Of a DNA stretch of 64,000 nt, positions 1 through 10,039 are shown piece after piece. The notes under the pieces are model-generated. The model saw only the letters and a program-made list of their open reading frames with translations, was not told the DNA's origin and made no database searches. Source of the stretch: a virus. Position 1 is the stretch's first letter, and every line of letters begins with the position of its first letter. The position numbers and the translations under genes were made by a program. The stretch is from positions 32,511-96,510 of IMG/VR virus record IMGVR_UViG_3300045988_034541; one strand, given 5' to 3'.

Positions 1-9
1 ATTTAGCTG

Positions 10-501
10 GTGGAGGTACAAATACTCCAACCAAGTGTGCCACTAGAGATAGAGTTCTTCGGACTTGAAACTAACGATAATTACGCTAATAATCAGTTAG
101 TTAAGGAAGAGGATATACAGTTGTCAACATTCCAGTATGACTTCAATATACATGTTTCAATAACTAACTCTGGGCTTACGTCTAAATCCTATGACTTTGT
201 AGCAGATGTTTACATAGATGGAGTTCCAGATGGGTTTATAACAATTCCTAGGTCTGGAACTCTAGACTATCAAGGGGTAACTTTCTTTGACAGAAACTTC
301 CACTTTAATTTACCAACTGATTTAACTAATGTCTCTAAATTATTGTTCACTGGATATTTCAGTACATACAGGGTGACTGTAGATGCAGATAGTGTAACAA
401 ATAACGCAATATGCCAATCTGGGGTAACTACTGAAATACCAATAAATCAGGCATATATAGGAGGTGACACAGCTAATATTTCTATAAATGTAATTATATA
501 A
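10..501 (+). CDS. receptor-binding/tail-fibre-like protein, paralog 1 (contains NNQLVKEEDI motif)
   Basis: ORF track. The N-terminal motif NQLVKEEDI recurs in two other RBP-like ORFs (5355-6392 and 9394-10014, minus strand). Confidence 0.45.
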   Translation: MEVQILQPSVPLEIEFFGLETNDNYANNQLVKEEDIQLSTFQYDFNIHVSITNSGLTSKSYDFVADVYIDGVPDGFITIPRSGTLDYQGVTFFDRNFHFNLPTDLTNVSKLLFTGYFSTYRVTVDADSVTNNAICQSGVTTEIPINQAYIGGDTANISINVII

Positions 502-743
502 TGAAGTTTGTAACATTCTTAAAGCAAGTATTCACATCCCACTCTGGCATATCATCTAAGAGACTCTGCGGAGTAGTAGGGTGGTTTGTCTGCTTGGGAG
601 TGTTAATATACTGTGCAATAAACGTGATTCAAGCCCCATTAATGATAGACACAGTCCTGTTGTGTTGTATGGGATTGCTTGGCATAGATTCAGTAACAGG
701 AATATGGAAGAGATTCACCAATAACGATAAATCGAATAAATAA
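501..743 (+). CDS. small membrane protein, two predicted TM helices (holin-like?)
   Basis: 80 aa with hydrophobic segments; lies between tail genes. Confidence 0.3.
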   Translation: MKFVTFLKQVFTSHSGISSKRLCGVVGWFVCLGVLIYCAINVIQAPLMIDTVLLCCMGLLGIDSVTGIWKRFTNNDKSNK

Positions 744-3700
744 TGAAAGTAATACCTAAACTACAACAAGGAAACACCATAGAGTCCGATAATACTAAAG
801 TAGTTAGGCCAGAAATTCATGAACCTATTAAAGCTAAACCTAAACAGTATTCCATTGTAGATTTAGGTGGAGAACCTTCTAATGATACCAGGTCAGCTGC
901 TGAAAGAAATAGAGACTATTGGCATCCTATTAAAGGAGCTAAAGCCAGATTCAGGGCTTCTATGTCCAATGAGACTAATCCTTTAGTTGGAATAGAAAGA
1001 ACTATACTTCCTTCAGCAGCTGGTGCTGCATTAGTAACAACTCCAGCCGCTGTTGTAGGAGGAGCTTTAGGTAATATGACTGTGGATAAGCTTACCGGGG
1101 GCTGGGGTAATTGGTTAGAAGATAAGACTGGCATTCCGTCTGAAATTGGAATTTATACTAATCCAGGAGCTTGGTATGGTGGTGCTAAAGGATATAAGAT
1201 TGGAAAGAACAAGTTAATAACTAAATCAATTAAAAGTGACGCTGACCTAGCTTGGAATCCTATTAACAAGAATCATTGGATATTTAATAAGGAAGCAAGG
1301 ACTCCTTCTAATATAGCAATGGCAACAGCTAACAGAATTACTCCATTTCTATCTAAGGTAGAGAAATTACCATTAAAAGTGGCTGCTTATAAAGCTGCCA
1401 AGAGAACTAACGGTAATGCATCAGTAAGTTTGCAAGATATAAAAACAATGCCAGCCGACTACACAGGTTCTTCAATACTAGGTGGAGGAAATTTAGAAGG
1501 TAGGAATCTATTAGCTAAATATATATTTGATGAGAATCCAGTAGTTAAAAGAATGTTCTTTAATAAAGCTACTAGTAATATCAAACCTATTAGCCGTAAT
1601 GAAGCAAGGAGAGGATTTAGTCATGGGGATAGATATGAGCAGCTTTATCCTGGAGTTCATAACAGAAGATACGAAATGAGTGCAGTAGTACCCTCTGGTA
1701 GACCTCTTAAGTTTGAGAATGTTACAAAGTTTACTGATTATGCTGGAAAGAATCCAATCGGCAAGGTTGTTGGTAAGGAGACTGAACCAGTAATGCGTAT
1801 GGGAGATAAAGAGTTTATGACCTTTAGGCAGCCAGGAACCGATTATATAGGTCCTATTGATGACGTTGCTGGACACTTGGTTAAGTTTCAAATGAATAAG
1901 GGTAAGCTTAGACAGACTTCTCAAGATATGTGGAAATTTAATCCTGCTGACTATGCTAAGAGGTGGAATGATTCTCCTAATACTGCTAACCAAGTTAGGC
2001 TTACTAAACAAGCTGCATTAATGGATAAAGTAGGTCGTCCGTTTATACTACAGCAATCTAATCCTATATGGATTGAAGGTAAGTCTGTTAGAAATCCAGA
2101 ATTGGTAACTATGGCACATGGTGGAAGATTTGATTTTAAGAAGTCCCCTCTGTTAAAGAAACAAGAAGAGATTAACGGTAAAAGGGATATGCGCAAGAAG
2201 TTCATCAAATCAAGTCGCCCAACCTATAAGAAGCGAATTAAGAAAGCTCAACAAGGAATGAAGTTCGTAAGTTATAATCCAGTAAGTAATCCTACAATAG
2301 ATTACACTGATATTACTAATCCTATTAATCCATTTAGTGAGTATAATTATAATACAACTTACGATAAACCAGAGGCTTTAGTAGTACCAGTAAGAGATAC
2401 TGATGAAACTGATGTAGTAGCTAATAATCCTACAGTAGAGCCAGTAATTAATAAACCAGTAGCTAGTAAAGTTACATATACTCCTAAATCCTATAAAGGA
2501 TTAGCTGCATTTAATAAGGCTTATGATGAAGTAGAAGCTAGTAATCCAGAAGCTAAGAAGTATAGGCAATTCCTTACTAAAATGGCAGAGCAGGAATCTG
2601 GATTTAACAGTGCAATTCAGAATAGAGCAGGAGCACCTGCCTATGGCTATTTCCAATTCATGCAGGATGATAAGAAGTATAACAACATTAGACAGTATGC
2701 AGATACGGATATAGAGACATTTAGAAACAATCCTAAGTTACAAATAGAAGCTGCAATTAAACTTGCCAAATCATTTGAGAAGGGATTCAGTAAAGAGGAT
2801 TTGGAACTTGCTAATAAGAATGGATATTCTACTTGGGGATTATTAGGTGGGGCTTGGTTAGCAGGTAATGGTGGTGTACGTAAGTTCTTAAGAGGACAAG
2901 GTAATCCTTCTGATAGACATTGGAGTAAAGAAGGTAAAGGTACTGATGTAGCTACTAGGATTAAGGCATTTAATTTTAAGGAAGGTGGTATTATTAAGTA
3001 TCAAGAACCTGCTCAACCTATTAAATATATGGGAGGTTATGATAAGAGAGGTAACATGGTATTGCCAGTTACTAATGAGAATGGTATGAATAATGTAACT
3101 TTACCAGAAGTAACAGTTACTCCTAGAAATATTAATCTAGCAGGAGCTGTAGATAGAGGAAGGAGAGAAGCCGCACCTTATGTTAGTACATTATTAACAG
3201 GTGCAATATTTGGACCATTATCAGTAGCAGGTGGATATGCAGGTAATGAAGCAGTTAATAAGATTACCAATGTAGCTAGTAATGACAAATATAAAGACTG
3301 GGCTGATATGCTTTCTAAGACTACAGGAATGAATCCGGTAGTTGCAGATTTCTTTAACATAGGTAATTTGGCAGGTGGATTTGGAATGCGTAACTTTGGA
3401 CCTAAGTTAAAGCCAGTAAAAGATATGGCTGTTGGTGGTAATAAATGGGCTAGAGCTAGAGTAATTAGTAAGACTATAAACAAAGGAACTCCTTCAGTTG
3501 AACCATTACCTAATAATGTAGGTTGGGGACCTAGACAATCCATACATGTAGTACATGACAAGAACAGTGCTAGACTCCCGAAATTATACTTTCCAGAAAG
3601 GTGGGATGCTATTCATGAAGGCGCTCCTGAAGCTGGTATATGGTATCAAGGTAAATTTGGCAATCCAAGAACAGCAGCTAATCACTCTATACCAGGTAAG

Positions 3701-3757
3701 GCAGAGAAAGCAGCTAAGGCTAGAGAGAGAGATTTGCCAAGAGACCTTACAGAGTAG
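743..3757 (+). CDS. large virion/tail protein with lytic transglycosylase-like domain
   Basis: 1004-aa ORF. The motif AEQES...GYFQFMQ resembles the family-1 lytic transglycosylase E-S/GLMQ signature found in phage internal/tail proteins. Confidence 0.6.
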   Translation: MKVIPKLQQGNTIESDNTKVVRPEIHEPIKAKPKQYSIVDLGGEPSNDTRSAAERNRDYWHPIKGAKARFRASMSNETNPLVGIERTILPSAAGAALVTTPAAVVGGALGNMTVDKLTGGWGNWLEDKTGIPSEIGIYTNPGAWYGGAKGYKIGKNKLITKSIKSDADLAWNPINKNHWIFNKEARTPSNIAMATANRITPFLSKVEKLPLKVAAYKAAKRTNGNASVSLQDIKTMPADYTGSSILGGGNLEGRNLLAKYIFDENPVVKRMFFNKATSNIKPISRNEARRGFSHGDRYEQLYPGVHNRRYEMSAVVPSGRPLKFENVTKFTDYAGKNPIGKVVGKETEPVMRMGDKEFMTFRQPGTDYIGPIDDVAGHLVKFQMNKGKLRQTSQDMWKFNPADYAKRWNDSPNTANQVRLTKQAALMDKVGRPFILQQSNPIWIEGKSVRNPELVTMAHGGRFDFKKSPLLKKQEEINGKRDMRKKFIKSSRPTYKKRIKKAQQGMKFVSYNPVSNPTIDYTDITNPINPFSEYNYNTTYDKPEALVVPVRDTDETDVVANNPTVEPVINKPVASKVTYTPKSYKGLAAFNKAYDEVEASNPEAKKYRQFLTKMAEQESGFNSAIQNRAGAPAYGYFQFMQDDKKYNNIRQYADTDIETFRNNPKLQIEAAIKLAKSFEKGFSKEDLELANKNGYSTWGLLGGAWLAGNGGVRKFLRGQGNPSDRHWSKEGKGTDVATRIKAFNFKEGGIIKYQEPAQPIKYMGGYDKRGNMVLPVTNENGMNNVTLPEVTVTPRNINLAGAVDRGRREAAPYVSTLLTGAIFGPLSVAGGYAGNEAVNKITNVASNDKYKDWADMLSKTTGMNPVVADFFNIGNLAGGFGMRNFGPKLKPVKDMAVGGNKWARARVISKTINKGTPSVEPLPNNVGWGPRQSIHVVHDKNSARLPKLYFPERWDAIHEGAPEAGIWYQGKFGNPRTAANHSIPGKAEKAAKARERDLPRDLTE

Positions 3758-3840
3758 AAGGTGATTTAGAGTTAGAGAGACCAATAGTTACTGTAGGTGA
3801 CGTACCTAACAGAGCAGCATTAGAACGAGCAGCTGATAAG

Positions 3841-4809
3841 ATGAGTGCTGACGGGGTAATCTTTAATAATGTATATGATAATGGATATTCTAATAACCAA
3901 GTAATCTTTAGTCTTAGAGATGATTTGAAGAATGGTAGAGTGTTTAAGAAAGGAGCTAAGCCATTAGAGAAGAGCCAGTTCATTGATACAGGAACTTCTA
4001 TGAATGGTGATTTAGACATTAATAAGAACATACAGAATTTCGTAGAGTATCTACTAAATCCTGAAACGCAACAGAGAATCGCTAGTATAGATGCAGAACT
4101 AGGGACTAAGTATGGCGAAGCAGCTAAGAGATTTGTCGATAGATATAACAATGGAAACTTAACTGTACTTCCCAGAAATAAGAGAGATGTAGGTTTGGAT
4201 AATGATATAATAAAGTTCTCTAGGTCTGTCCCTAGTGAGGAAATACTAACTACTAAAGACTTCGATAGAATTGCCTTTGAGATACTTAGGGACGATTTTG
4301 CTCATGTACCGGGTCATGAAGCTAAGCATGGAATAGAAACTGTGCAAGCAGCATTATTAAAAGATATGACTCCAACTGAGTATCATCAGTACGCTAAGAC
4401 TGGAGGACCTAGGCTACAAGCTCTAATGAAGGACAATATAGTATCAGAAGATGAGTTTGTTAAACGGATAATGAAAGAACATCCAGAGTATAACGAAGTA
4501 AGTGTTAGAAATAAATATAAATATCTAACTATCCCTTCAGAGTTTAACTCCCAACTACATCCCTTAATAGAGTTTGAACAAAGAGCAGGTAAGTCTGGAG
4601 TTCCCAACTTCAAGAGTGTTGATGAGATTGATAGACTTATTAATAATAATCCTTATGTGGGGACTAGTGAGAATAATGGACTTAGAAATCTTAGACTTCT
4701 ATTTAATTATATAATTAAGGATAAGAATGAATTTATGAGAAGATTTAATAAGTATGGATTTGGGGTAGTTCCTGCAACTACTGTTATTAACAATTATGAT
4801 AATGAGTAA
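3841..4809 (+). CDS. hypothetical protein
   Basis: 322-aa ORF with good coding continuity. Confidence 0.45.
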   Translation: MSADGVIFNNVYDNGYSNNQVIFSLRDDLKNGRVFKKGAKPLEKSQFIDTGTSMNGDLDINKNIQNFVEYLLNPETQQRIASIDAELGTKYGEAAKRFVDRYNNGNLTVLPRNKRDVGLDNDIIKFSRSVPSEEILTTKDFDRIAFEILRDDFAHVPGHEAKHGIETVQAALLKDMTPTEYHQYAKTGGPRLQALMKDNIVSEDEFVKRIMKEHPEYNEVSVRNKYKYLTIPSEFNSQLHPLIEFEQRAGKSGVPNFKSVDEIDRLINNNPYVGTSENNGLRNLRLLFNYIIKDKNEFMRRFNKYGFGVVPATTVINNYDNE

Positions 4810-5023
4810 CACATTTGTACCATGGTGGGGTGATAAAGAGGTAGTTACTGAATATGTAGCTCCTGGAATTAGATATATAAGAGATGCCAAGACAGGTGAG
4901 CTTTTGGCATTTATAGAGGGAGAGGAAGATGATGATATGCTAGATGAGCAACCTAGTAACAATACTTAACATATTGCCATTTGTTTAATCAACTGATATT
5001 GAGTAATTTTACATCATAAAACA

Positions 5024-5053
5024 AAGCCAGACTGCTGTACACAATCTGGCTTT
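5024..5053 (+). terminator. putative rho-independent terminator
   Basis: Hairpin aagccaga...tctggctt followed by ttt, downstream of 3841-4809. Confidence 0.4.
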
Positions 5054-5307
5054 GAACTTATCTACGTGGACGTCTTCTGTAATGCTTACAAACGTGTTCC
5101 AGTTTGCGATACCTTACACGAATGTACGAATGTACGAAGACAGTTTTTGCTTGTAAGCCATTTCTGCTCATAATACTCTGAATTAAATTAATAACTAACT
5201 AATCTTTGTAGATAGTAAGCATCTCTTTAGCTAGGGTGTATGACATAATAGTTTACGATGCAAATATAAAGATATTTATTGAATTATCAATAGCAAATTA
5301 ATATATA

Positions 5308-6392
5308 ATGAGTAAAATAGTAACACAAGACAAACTGAATGAATTAACAGGTAAGAATATAGATTATGGGAAGGGGGGGGGTATTGTCCTCACTACCAAA
5401 CCATAGTTAGTCTCTGGGGTAGCGTAGTTGCGTCTAGTAACTACCAGCCAAATCAATTAGTTAAAGAAGAAGATATAGTTGTAGACAAAGACCTATTCCT
5501 TATTAATGCGGAGACAGGTAGTTTATACTTTGCTGGCGGTGGTACCTATGCTCAAATTCCAGCTATAGACGGCCATGAGGATTTTATATACATAGCTGGA
5601 GGAGGTGAAGCAATTGGAGCATTGTCTATGCTTGGAGGATTGTATGTAGTTAATCAGTCTACCAAACAGTGGGAATTAAAATACAAAGATACTGTAAGAG
5701 CTTATGGTTATGCTCACTTGGCTAGGTTCTCTACTGGCTGGGTATTTTATAAGGGAGCAGGAGGAGACGGTAAGAACTATGTTATTATAGTGTATGATGA
5801 CGGTACAGTAAAGGAGCGTAGTGTTGTAGGCCCAGTCAGTAGCATATCAACTGGGCCTTATGATTACTGCTGTGTTGGGGCATCATATCAGGGAGGAGCT
5901 AGAATATATACCTTCTTGGCTACATCTGTACCAGATTCTCTTACTTATTATACTCCAGGAATGTTTACACCAAGTGCAGTAATACAAGGGTTTCATTCTT
6001 CGCCAAGAAGTGTAGTATATAGCACTACTAGTAATTATACATACGTTAGTGTTAACCCAACTGGAACTCAATGGACTGCTGCAACCACTAGACCACAACT
6101 AACAGGTTTGACTAAAGGATTGTATGTAAATGAAGCTGGGACTAATACATTTATGCTTATAGGAAATAATATGAAGAGTGTGTCTACAGATAGGGTTAAT
6201 AATTGGACTACATCTACACTAGGTAAATATACTCTTACTGATTTAATATATGTAGATTCAAATTGGTATGCAATTGGTTCGAATGGAACTAAAAGACTCC
6301 TATTGCAGAATACAGCTTCTACATTTGACCAAAGTAATAAAATACTTGACTTGCCTGACTATTCTAGACAAGTAATTAAAATTAATACATAA
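5308..6392 (+). CDS. receptor-binding/tail-fibre-like protein, paralog 2, interrupted by a G9 tract (frameshift)
   Basis: ATG at 5308 encodes MSKIVTQDKLNELTGKNIDYGKGGG, then hits the G9 run (5373-5381) and terminates. The adjacent frame is open from 5355 to 6392 (track ORF 5622-6392 begins at TTG) and contains NQLVKEEDIVV. G10 or G7 would fuse the two frames. Confidence 0.45.
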
Positions 6393-6407
6393 CAGGTTGA
6401 TATAATA

Positions 6408-6450
6408 AAGCCCGAGCCTAGTAATTAAACTAAGTTCGGGCTTTGTTGTT
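6408..6450. terminator. putative bidirectional terminator between convergent genes
   Basis: Stem aagcccga/tcgggctt followed by a T-rich run. Confidence 0.4.
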
Positions 6451-6574
6451 TATAATAAGATTCCGTCTCGGTAAGTGAGAATACGTCAGAGCACACTGTC
6501 GTAGACCACCAAGACGAAGATGTAAAAACTATCTTAGGCTTTGTGCCTAGCATCTACTGGCTGGTATCAATTTA

Positions 6575-7429
6575 TTATATAGCTGTAGTGTCTATAGAGA
6601 ATGTCACGTACCACCAATATAAATCATCTGCATTATCTATCCCAACTTCCAGTAGCTGTGACCAAGTTACTCCTTTGCATTTCCGTAAGTCCTTAAGTAC
6701 ATTCAGCACATCTTCCATGGGATTAATGATACATCCTTCAGCTCCATTTGTTCCATTGCTTATTGTCATATAAACTTGTAATTTAGATTCACCTCTAGGA
6801 ATAACAGCAAATGTTTCATAATGGTCTTTTATATTCAAAATAATATCTTCTATATGTTCTAGAACATTGGCTTGTAAGGGTTCGCCAGTCAGGTTACACA
6901 TTCTTAAGCCTTTGGGGGTTCTTTCATAATATAAATGCTTTAAGGACCCAAGTGTATCATACCAAGTTCCAGAGTTAAACAGTTTAACTACTTGTTTACG
7001 TTCCTCCTCATTATAAGGACTCCACCTATTCCCAAATCCTCTACTGGTTCTATCATTGTATGTTTCTGTTCCTGATTGTACTATATAGTCAATAATAGTG
7101 TCCAAATTAGATTCTACTATTTCGTTAGCGTAGTCTAAGGGATACTTTCCGTCAACTACTTTAGTAGTATCAGCCTCAAGAATGAGATATTCTTCATGCG
7201 AGAACAATAGCTCTCTGGTTTCGGAAGTAGAGAATATGCAGGCATTTGTGTCAAATAGAAAGCTGTCAGCCTGATGTTTTACTCCTGTTAGACAGTCAAT
7301 ACAGAATTGTTTTATCTTATCTCTTTGTGCCTTTAATGATGATGCTATATCATTACAATTGAACTGTAAATTTATAGATTGCATATCAAAGTAAAGGATT
7401 AGCCATTTATTATACTCCTCATTTGTCAT
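6575..7429 (-). CDS. hypothetical protein
   Basis: 284-aa ORF. Confidence 0.5.
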   Translation of the reverse strand: MTNEEYNKWLILYFDMQSINLQFNCNDIASSLKAQRDKIKQFCIDCLTGVKHQADSFLFDTNACIFSTSETRELLFSHEEYLILEADTTKVVDGKYPLDYANEIVESNLDTIIDYIVQSGTETYNDRTSRGFGNRWSPYNEEERKQVVKLFNSGTWYDTLGSLKHLYYERTPKGLRMCNLTGEPLQANVLEHIEDIILNIKDHYETFAVIPRGESKLQVYMTISNGTNGAEGCIINPMEDVLNVLKDLRKCKGVTWSQLLEVGIDNADDLYWWYVTFSIDTTAI

Positions 7430-7432
7430 AGT

Positions 7433-7717
7433 TCATTGATTGAAACTTCCATAGCTAGCTACTAAGCTCATTGGTATGTGTATTGTATCTTTTACTCTAC
7501 GAGTACCGTCCTCATTACAATGATTCTCAATACCTCTTCCCAATATTATTGATTTATCATCCATATACGCCAAGTAGCCCACTGTAGTTATCAAATTCTC
7601 ATCCGGACATTCTCCTAGTATATGTCCTCCACGCCATACGTATCTATCGTCCCAATGAACCCACATAGGTTCTCCTACTTCATATCCTAGTTTCTGTACA
7701 TTTAATTTATTCTCCAT
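7433..7717 (-). CDS. hypothetical protein
   Basis: 94-aa ORF, closely packed with its neighbours. Confidence 0.4.
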   Translation of the reverse strand: MENKLNVQKLGYEVGEPMWVHWDDRYVWRGGHILGECPDENLITTVGYLAYMDDKSIILGRGIENHCNEDGTRRVKDTIHIPMSLVASYGSFNQ

Positions 7718-7718
7718 A

Positions 7719-8399
7719 TTAACTACCTACAAGTATTTTAACATTACCAGTCTCTATATCGAGAGTAGCTTTCTCAAGCCATAAATCTTCTATACGATGT
7801 CCCCATATTCCATACTTACCTGGATTCTCCTTCTCTTCTTCGTAAATCCTTCTATATGCAAGGGTTATTTCATTTATTAAATCATTCAAATTGCGGCATT
7901 TAGCAGTGAATGTATACGGATTCTTTAATGGATAACTAATAGTTATATTTACTGTATGGTCTTTAAAGTAGTCAGCAGCGTTGCTAAATAGACTTACTGC
8001 ACAGTTAATAGAGTATTTATGAATCTTTATATTTACTCCTTTAGGAAGCAACTCTTGTTCTTTCTCTATTGTGAATTTAGATGGAAGTCTGTTTATCACT
8101 TCCTGTACATCGAAGTCCTTGTCCCTATACACACTTATCCCAGATTCTTTATGCTCCACATATATACAATACACTAGTCTATACTGACTATCTCCCACGC
8201 AAACATTCAGCTTATGCATACTAATATCATAATCTGGATTTAATTCCCTAATTTCATTTAGCCTATCGTTATCATTAAAGATTGCACAGATGATTTGGTC
8301 CGCTTGTTCCTCCGTTATCAAATTGTTCTCTAGTAATTTGCCTACTAGGACAGGTACTATCTCCTCCACTTCATCAACATTAATTAATCGCTTTCCCAT
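7719..8399 (-). CDS. hypothetical protein
   Basis: 226-aa ORF. Confidence 0.5.
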   Translation of the reverse strand: MGKRLINVDEVEEIVPVLVGKLLENNLITEEQADQIICAIFNDNDRLNEIRELNPDYDISMHKLNVCVGDSQYRLVYCIYVEHKESGISVYRDKDFDVQEVINRLPSKFTIEKEQELLPKGVNIKIHKYSINCAVSLFSNAADYFKDHTVNITISYPLKNPYTFTAKCRNLNDLINEITLAYRRIYEEEKENPGKYGIWGHRIEDLWLEKATLDIETGNVKILVGS

Positions 8400-8593
8400 T
8401 CTTCTTCTAATGTATTATATAATTTAATAAAATCTTCTCCTTTATATTCACATACACATTCATTATCCTTATTAAAGATAGTAAGCATGTGCATATCCTT
8501 AGATTGTCCATTGTCTACATAAGAATACATCCCGTGTACCAATACGTATTCGGGATGTTTCTCATTCCAGTTATTTACAAGTTCCTTCATCAC
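8384..8593 (-). CDS. hypothetical small protein
   Basis: 69-aa ORF in an operon-like array. Confidence 0.35.
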   Translation of the reverse strand: MMKELVNNWNEKHPEYVLVHGMYSYVDNGQSKDMHMLTIFNKDNECVCEYKGEDFIKLYNTLEEEWESD

Positions 8594-8831
8594 TAAGTGT
8601 TATTCCATTACTAGCATAAGATATAAATGTACCTGTGTCATATGGTCTCCAGCCACTATTATCTCTACGTATAGTAGTTGTCTGTCCTACGTTAAATTGT
8701 GGAATCTCTACTATGTTATCAAGAACTCTAAATAAGTCCTCTATTGATAAGTTTGGAAGTATCTGATGTAAATTCTCTAATGTCTTTCTAACGTCAATCA
8801 TAATAGTATATTTTAGCAAATTGTACATCAC
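8571..8831 (-). CDS. hypothetical small protein
   Basis: 86-aa ORF. Confidence 0.35.
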   Translation of the reverse strand: MMYNLLKYTIMIDVRKTLENLHQILPNLSIEDLFRVLDNIVEIPQFNVGQTTTIRRDNSGWRPYDTGTFISYASNGITLSDEGTCK

Positions 8832-9033
8832 CTATACTAATATTAGGCAGTAATACTTTATATAGTTCTGTAGATTCAAATGTATCTTTATATTCCCTAG
8901 GAACTAACAGAGTATCAACATGATGTCCTCTAGATATTCTAGCTAGATAGGAAATTTTACTGTCATCAAAGTCTGTAAGTTCCAACATAATGGCATTATG
9001 ATGCCTAGGACAATTTCCACTAAGTATTATCAT
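8794..9033 (-). CDS. hypothetical small protein
   Basis: 79-aa ORF. Confidence 0.35.
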   Translation of the reverse strand: MIILSGNCPRHHNAIMLELTDFDDSKISYLARISRGHHVDTLLVPREYKDTFESTELYKVLLPNISIGDVQFAKIYYYD

Positions 9034-9199
9034 AATTACTTCTCCTGTAGTAAGATTCTCATCTCTTCCTTCCAGTTCTTATACCACTGTTCATTAATAA
9101 GGTCTTCTGATTCAATTAATTCAATCAAATCCTTAGTGCCATTATGAATTTGGCTACATAAATACTGTGCTAATTGGTTCTTTAATTCATCCATAATTA

Positions 9200-9397
9200 T
9201 TAGTCTTTAGTTTTAACATAAAGTTGGCAATGGCAAGTCCCTTCTTCCATTTCCCTAAACTCTTTACACATACATACTGTATCTTCATCTCTTACTAAAG
9301 AGCATGGACAATACTTCTTACCATACTTCTCTTTATTCCTTTTAAGTCCTGCTAGGACTGTTTCCTTTACTTCTTTATTATCAGTTACTTTAATCAT
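9200..9397 (-). CDS. small Cys-rich protein with CPC...CMC...CHC motif (ferredoxin-thioredoxin-reductase catalytic-subunit-like)
   Basis: 65 aa. The spacing CPCx9CMCx10CHC resembles the FTR catalytic chain CPC/CPC/CHC signature. Confidence 0.4.
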   Translation of the reverse strand: MIKVTDNKEVKETVLAGLKRNKEKYGKKYCPCSLVRDEDTVCMCKEFREMEEGTCHCQLYVKTKD

Positions 9398-10039
9398 TGC
9401 GCTGACGCTGTATACAGTTCTATGTTTAGGTCTATTTCCCCACCAGTAAATCTAAATACTCTACCAGAATTATTCATTTTGACCCACCTTCCAGATGAAG
9501 GGAATGTTACTCCTTCTGCCCAATTCTCAGATTGAGAATCTACTGCTAATGTAATTTGAGACACTTGCCTAAGCATCACGTATCCCTCAAAACGTATCCA
9601 AACAGGTGTATTATATGGGTCTTGGTTAGGAAGTGCTAATTTCTCTAAGTAATATTTAAGAGGATTTGCTAAAGTCTTAGTGTACGTTCGTTCTCCTTGC
9701 TCTAATCTTGGAGTAATTGTAAAGTACATAGTATTGTCAGAATACGTAAACGGCTCTCCATTCACTGAACTCTCATTAACAAATGAGAAACGTACTCTAA
9801 ATTGCTGTATATTATTAATTGGCATATCCTGCCAACCATAATGAAGGATTACATTTGGAGCAGTTATAGCTGCCTCTATACCTTCTAACTCCACTAACTG
9901 ATTATCAGTATAACTAAATCCACTTTTAATCTGACATCCTAATTCAAGTGCTCTAGCTTTAGTACAGCACTTATTATCAATTACCGAGAGAGTCCCCCCC
10001 CATAGTCTTAGCTTCTAATTCTGTTGCTATTTTACTCAT
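9394..10039 (-). CDS. receptor-binding-like protein, paralog 3, interrupted at a C8 (coding G8) tract
   Basis: Minus-strand ATG at 10039 encodes MSKIATELEAKTMGG, then the poly-G run (plus-strand C8, 9994-10001) shifts it out of frame. The adjacent frame is open from 10014 through the GTG-start track ORF 9394-9894 and contains DNQLVELEGIE (the NQLV.E..I motif). Confidence 0.4.

Noticed and set aside
916-3561. Minus-strand ORFs 916-1134, 1511-2011, 1951-2208 and 3178-3561 inside the 1004-aa plus-strand gene
   Set aside because: They lie antisense within a long, coherent ORF and have low-complexity, hydrophobic compositions typical of shadow ORFs.
743-4809. In-frame TAG readthrough joining 743-3757 to the downstream ORF (stop-codon recoding)
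   Set aside because: The downstream ORF is in a different frame and a second stop follows 5 codons later. There is no evidence of TAG recoding in this window despite the suppressor tRNA.
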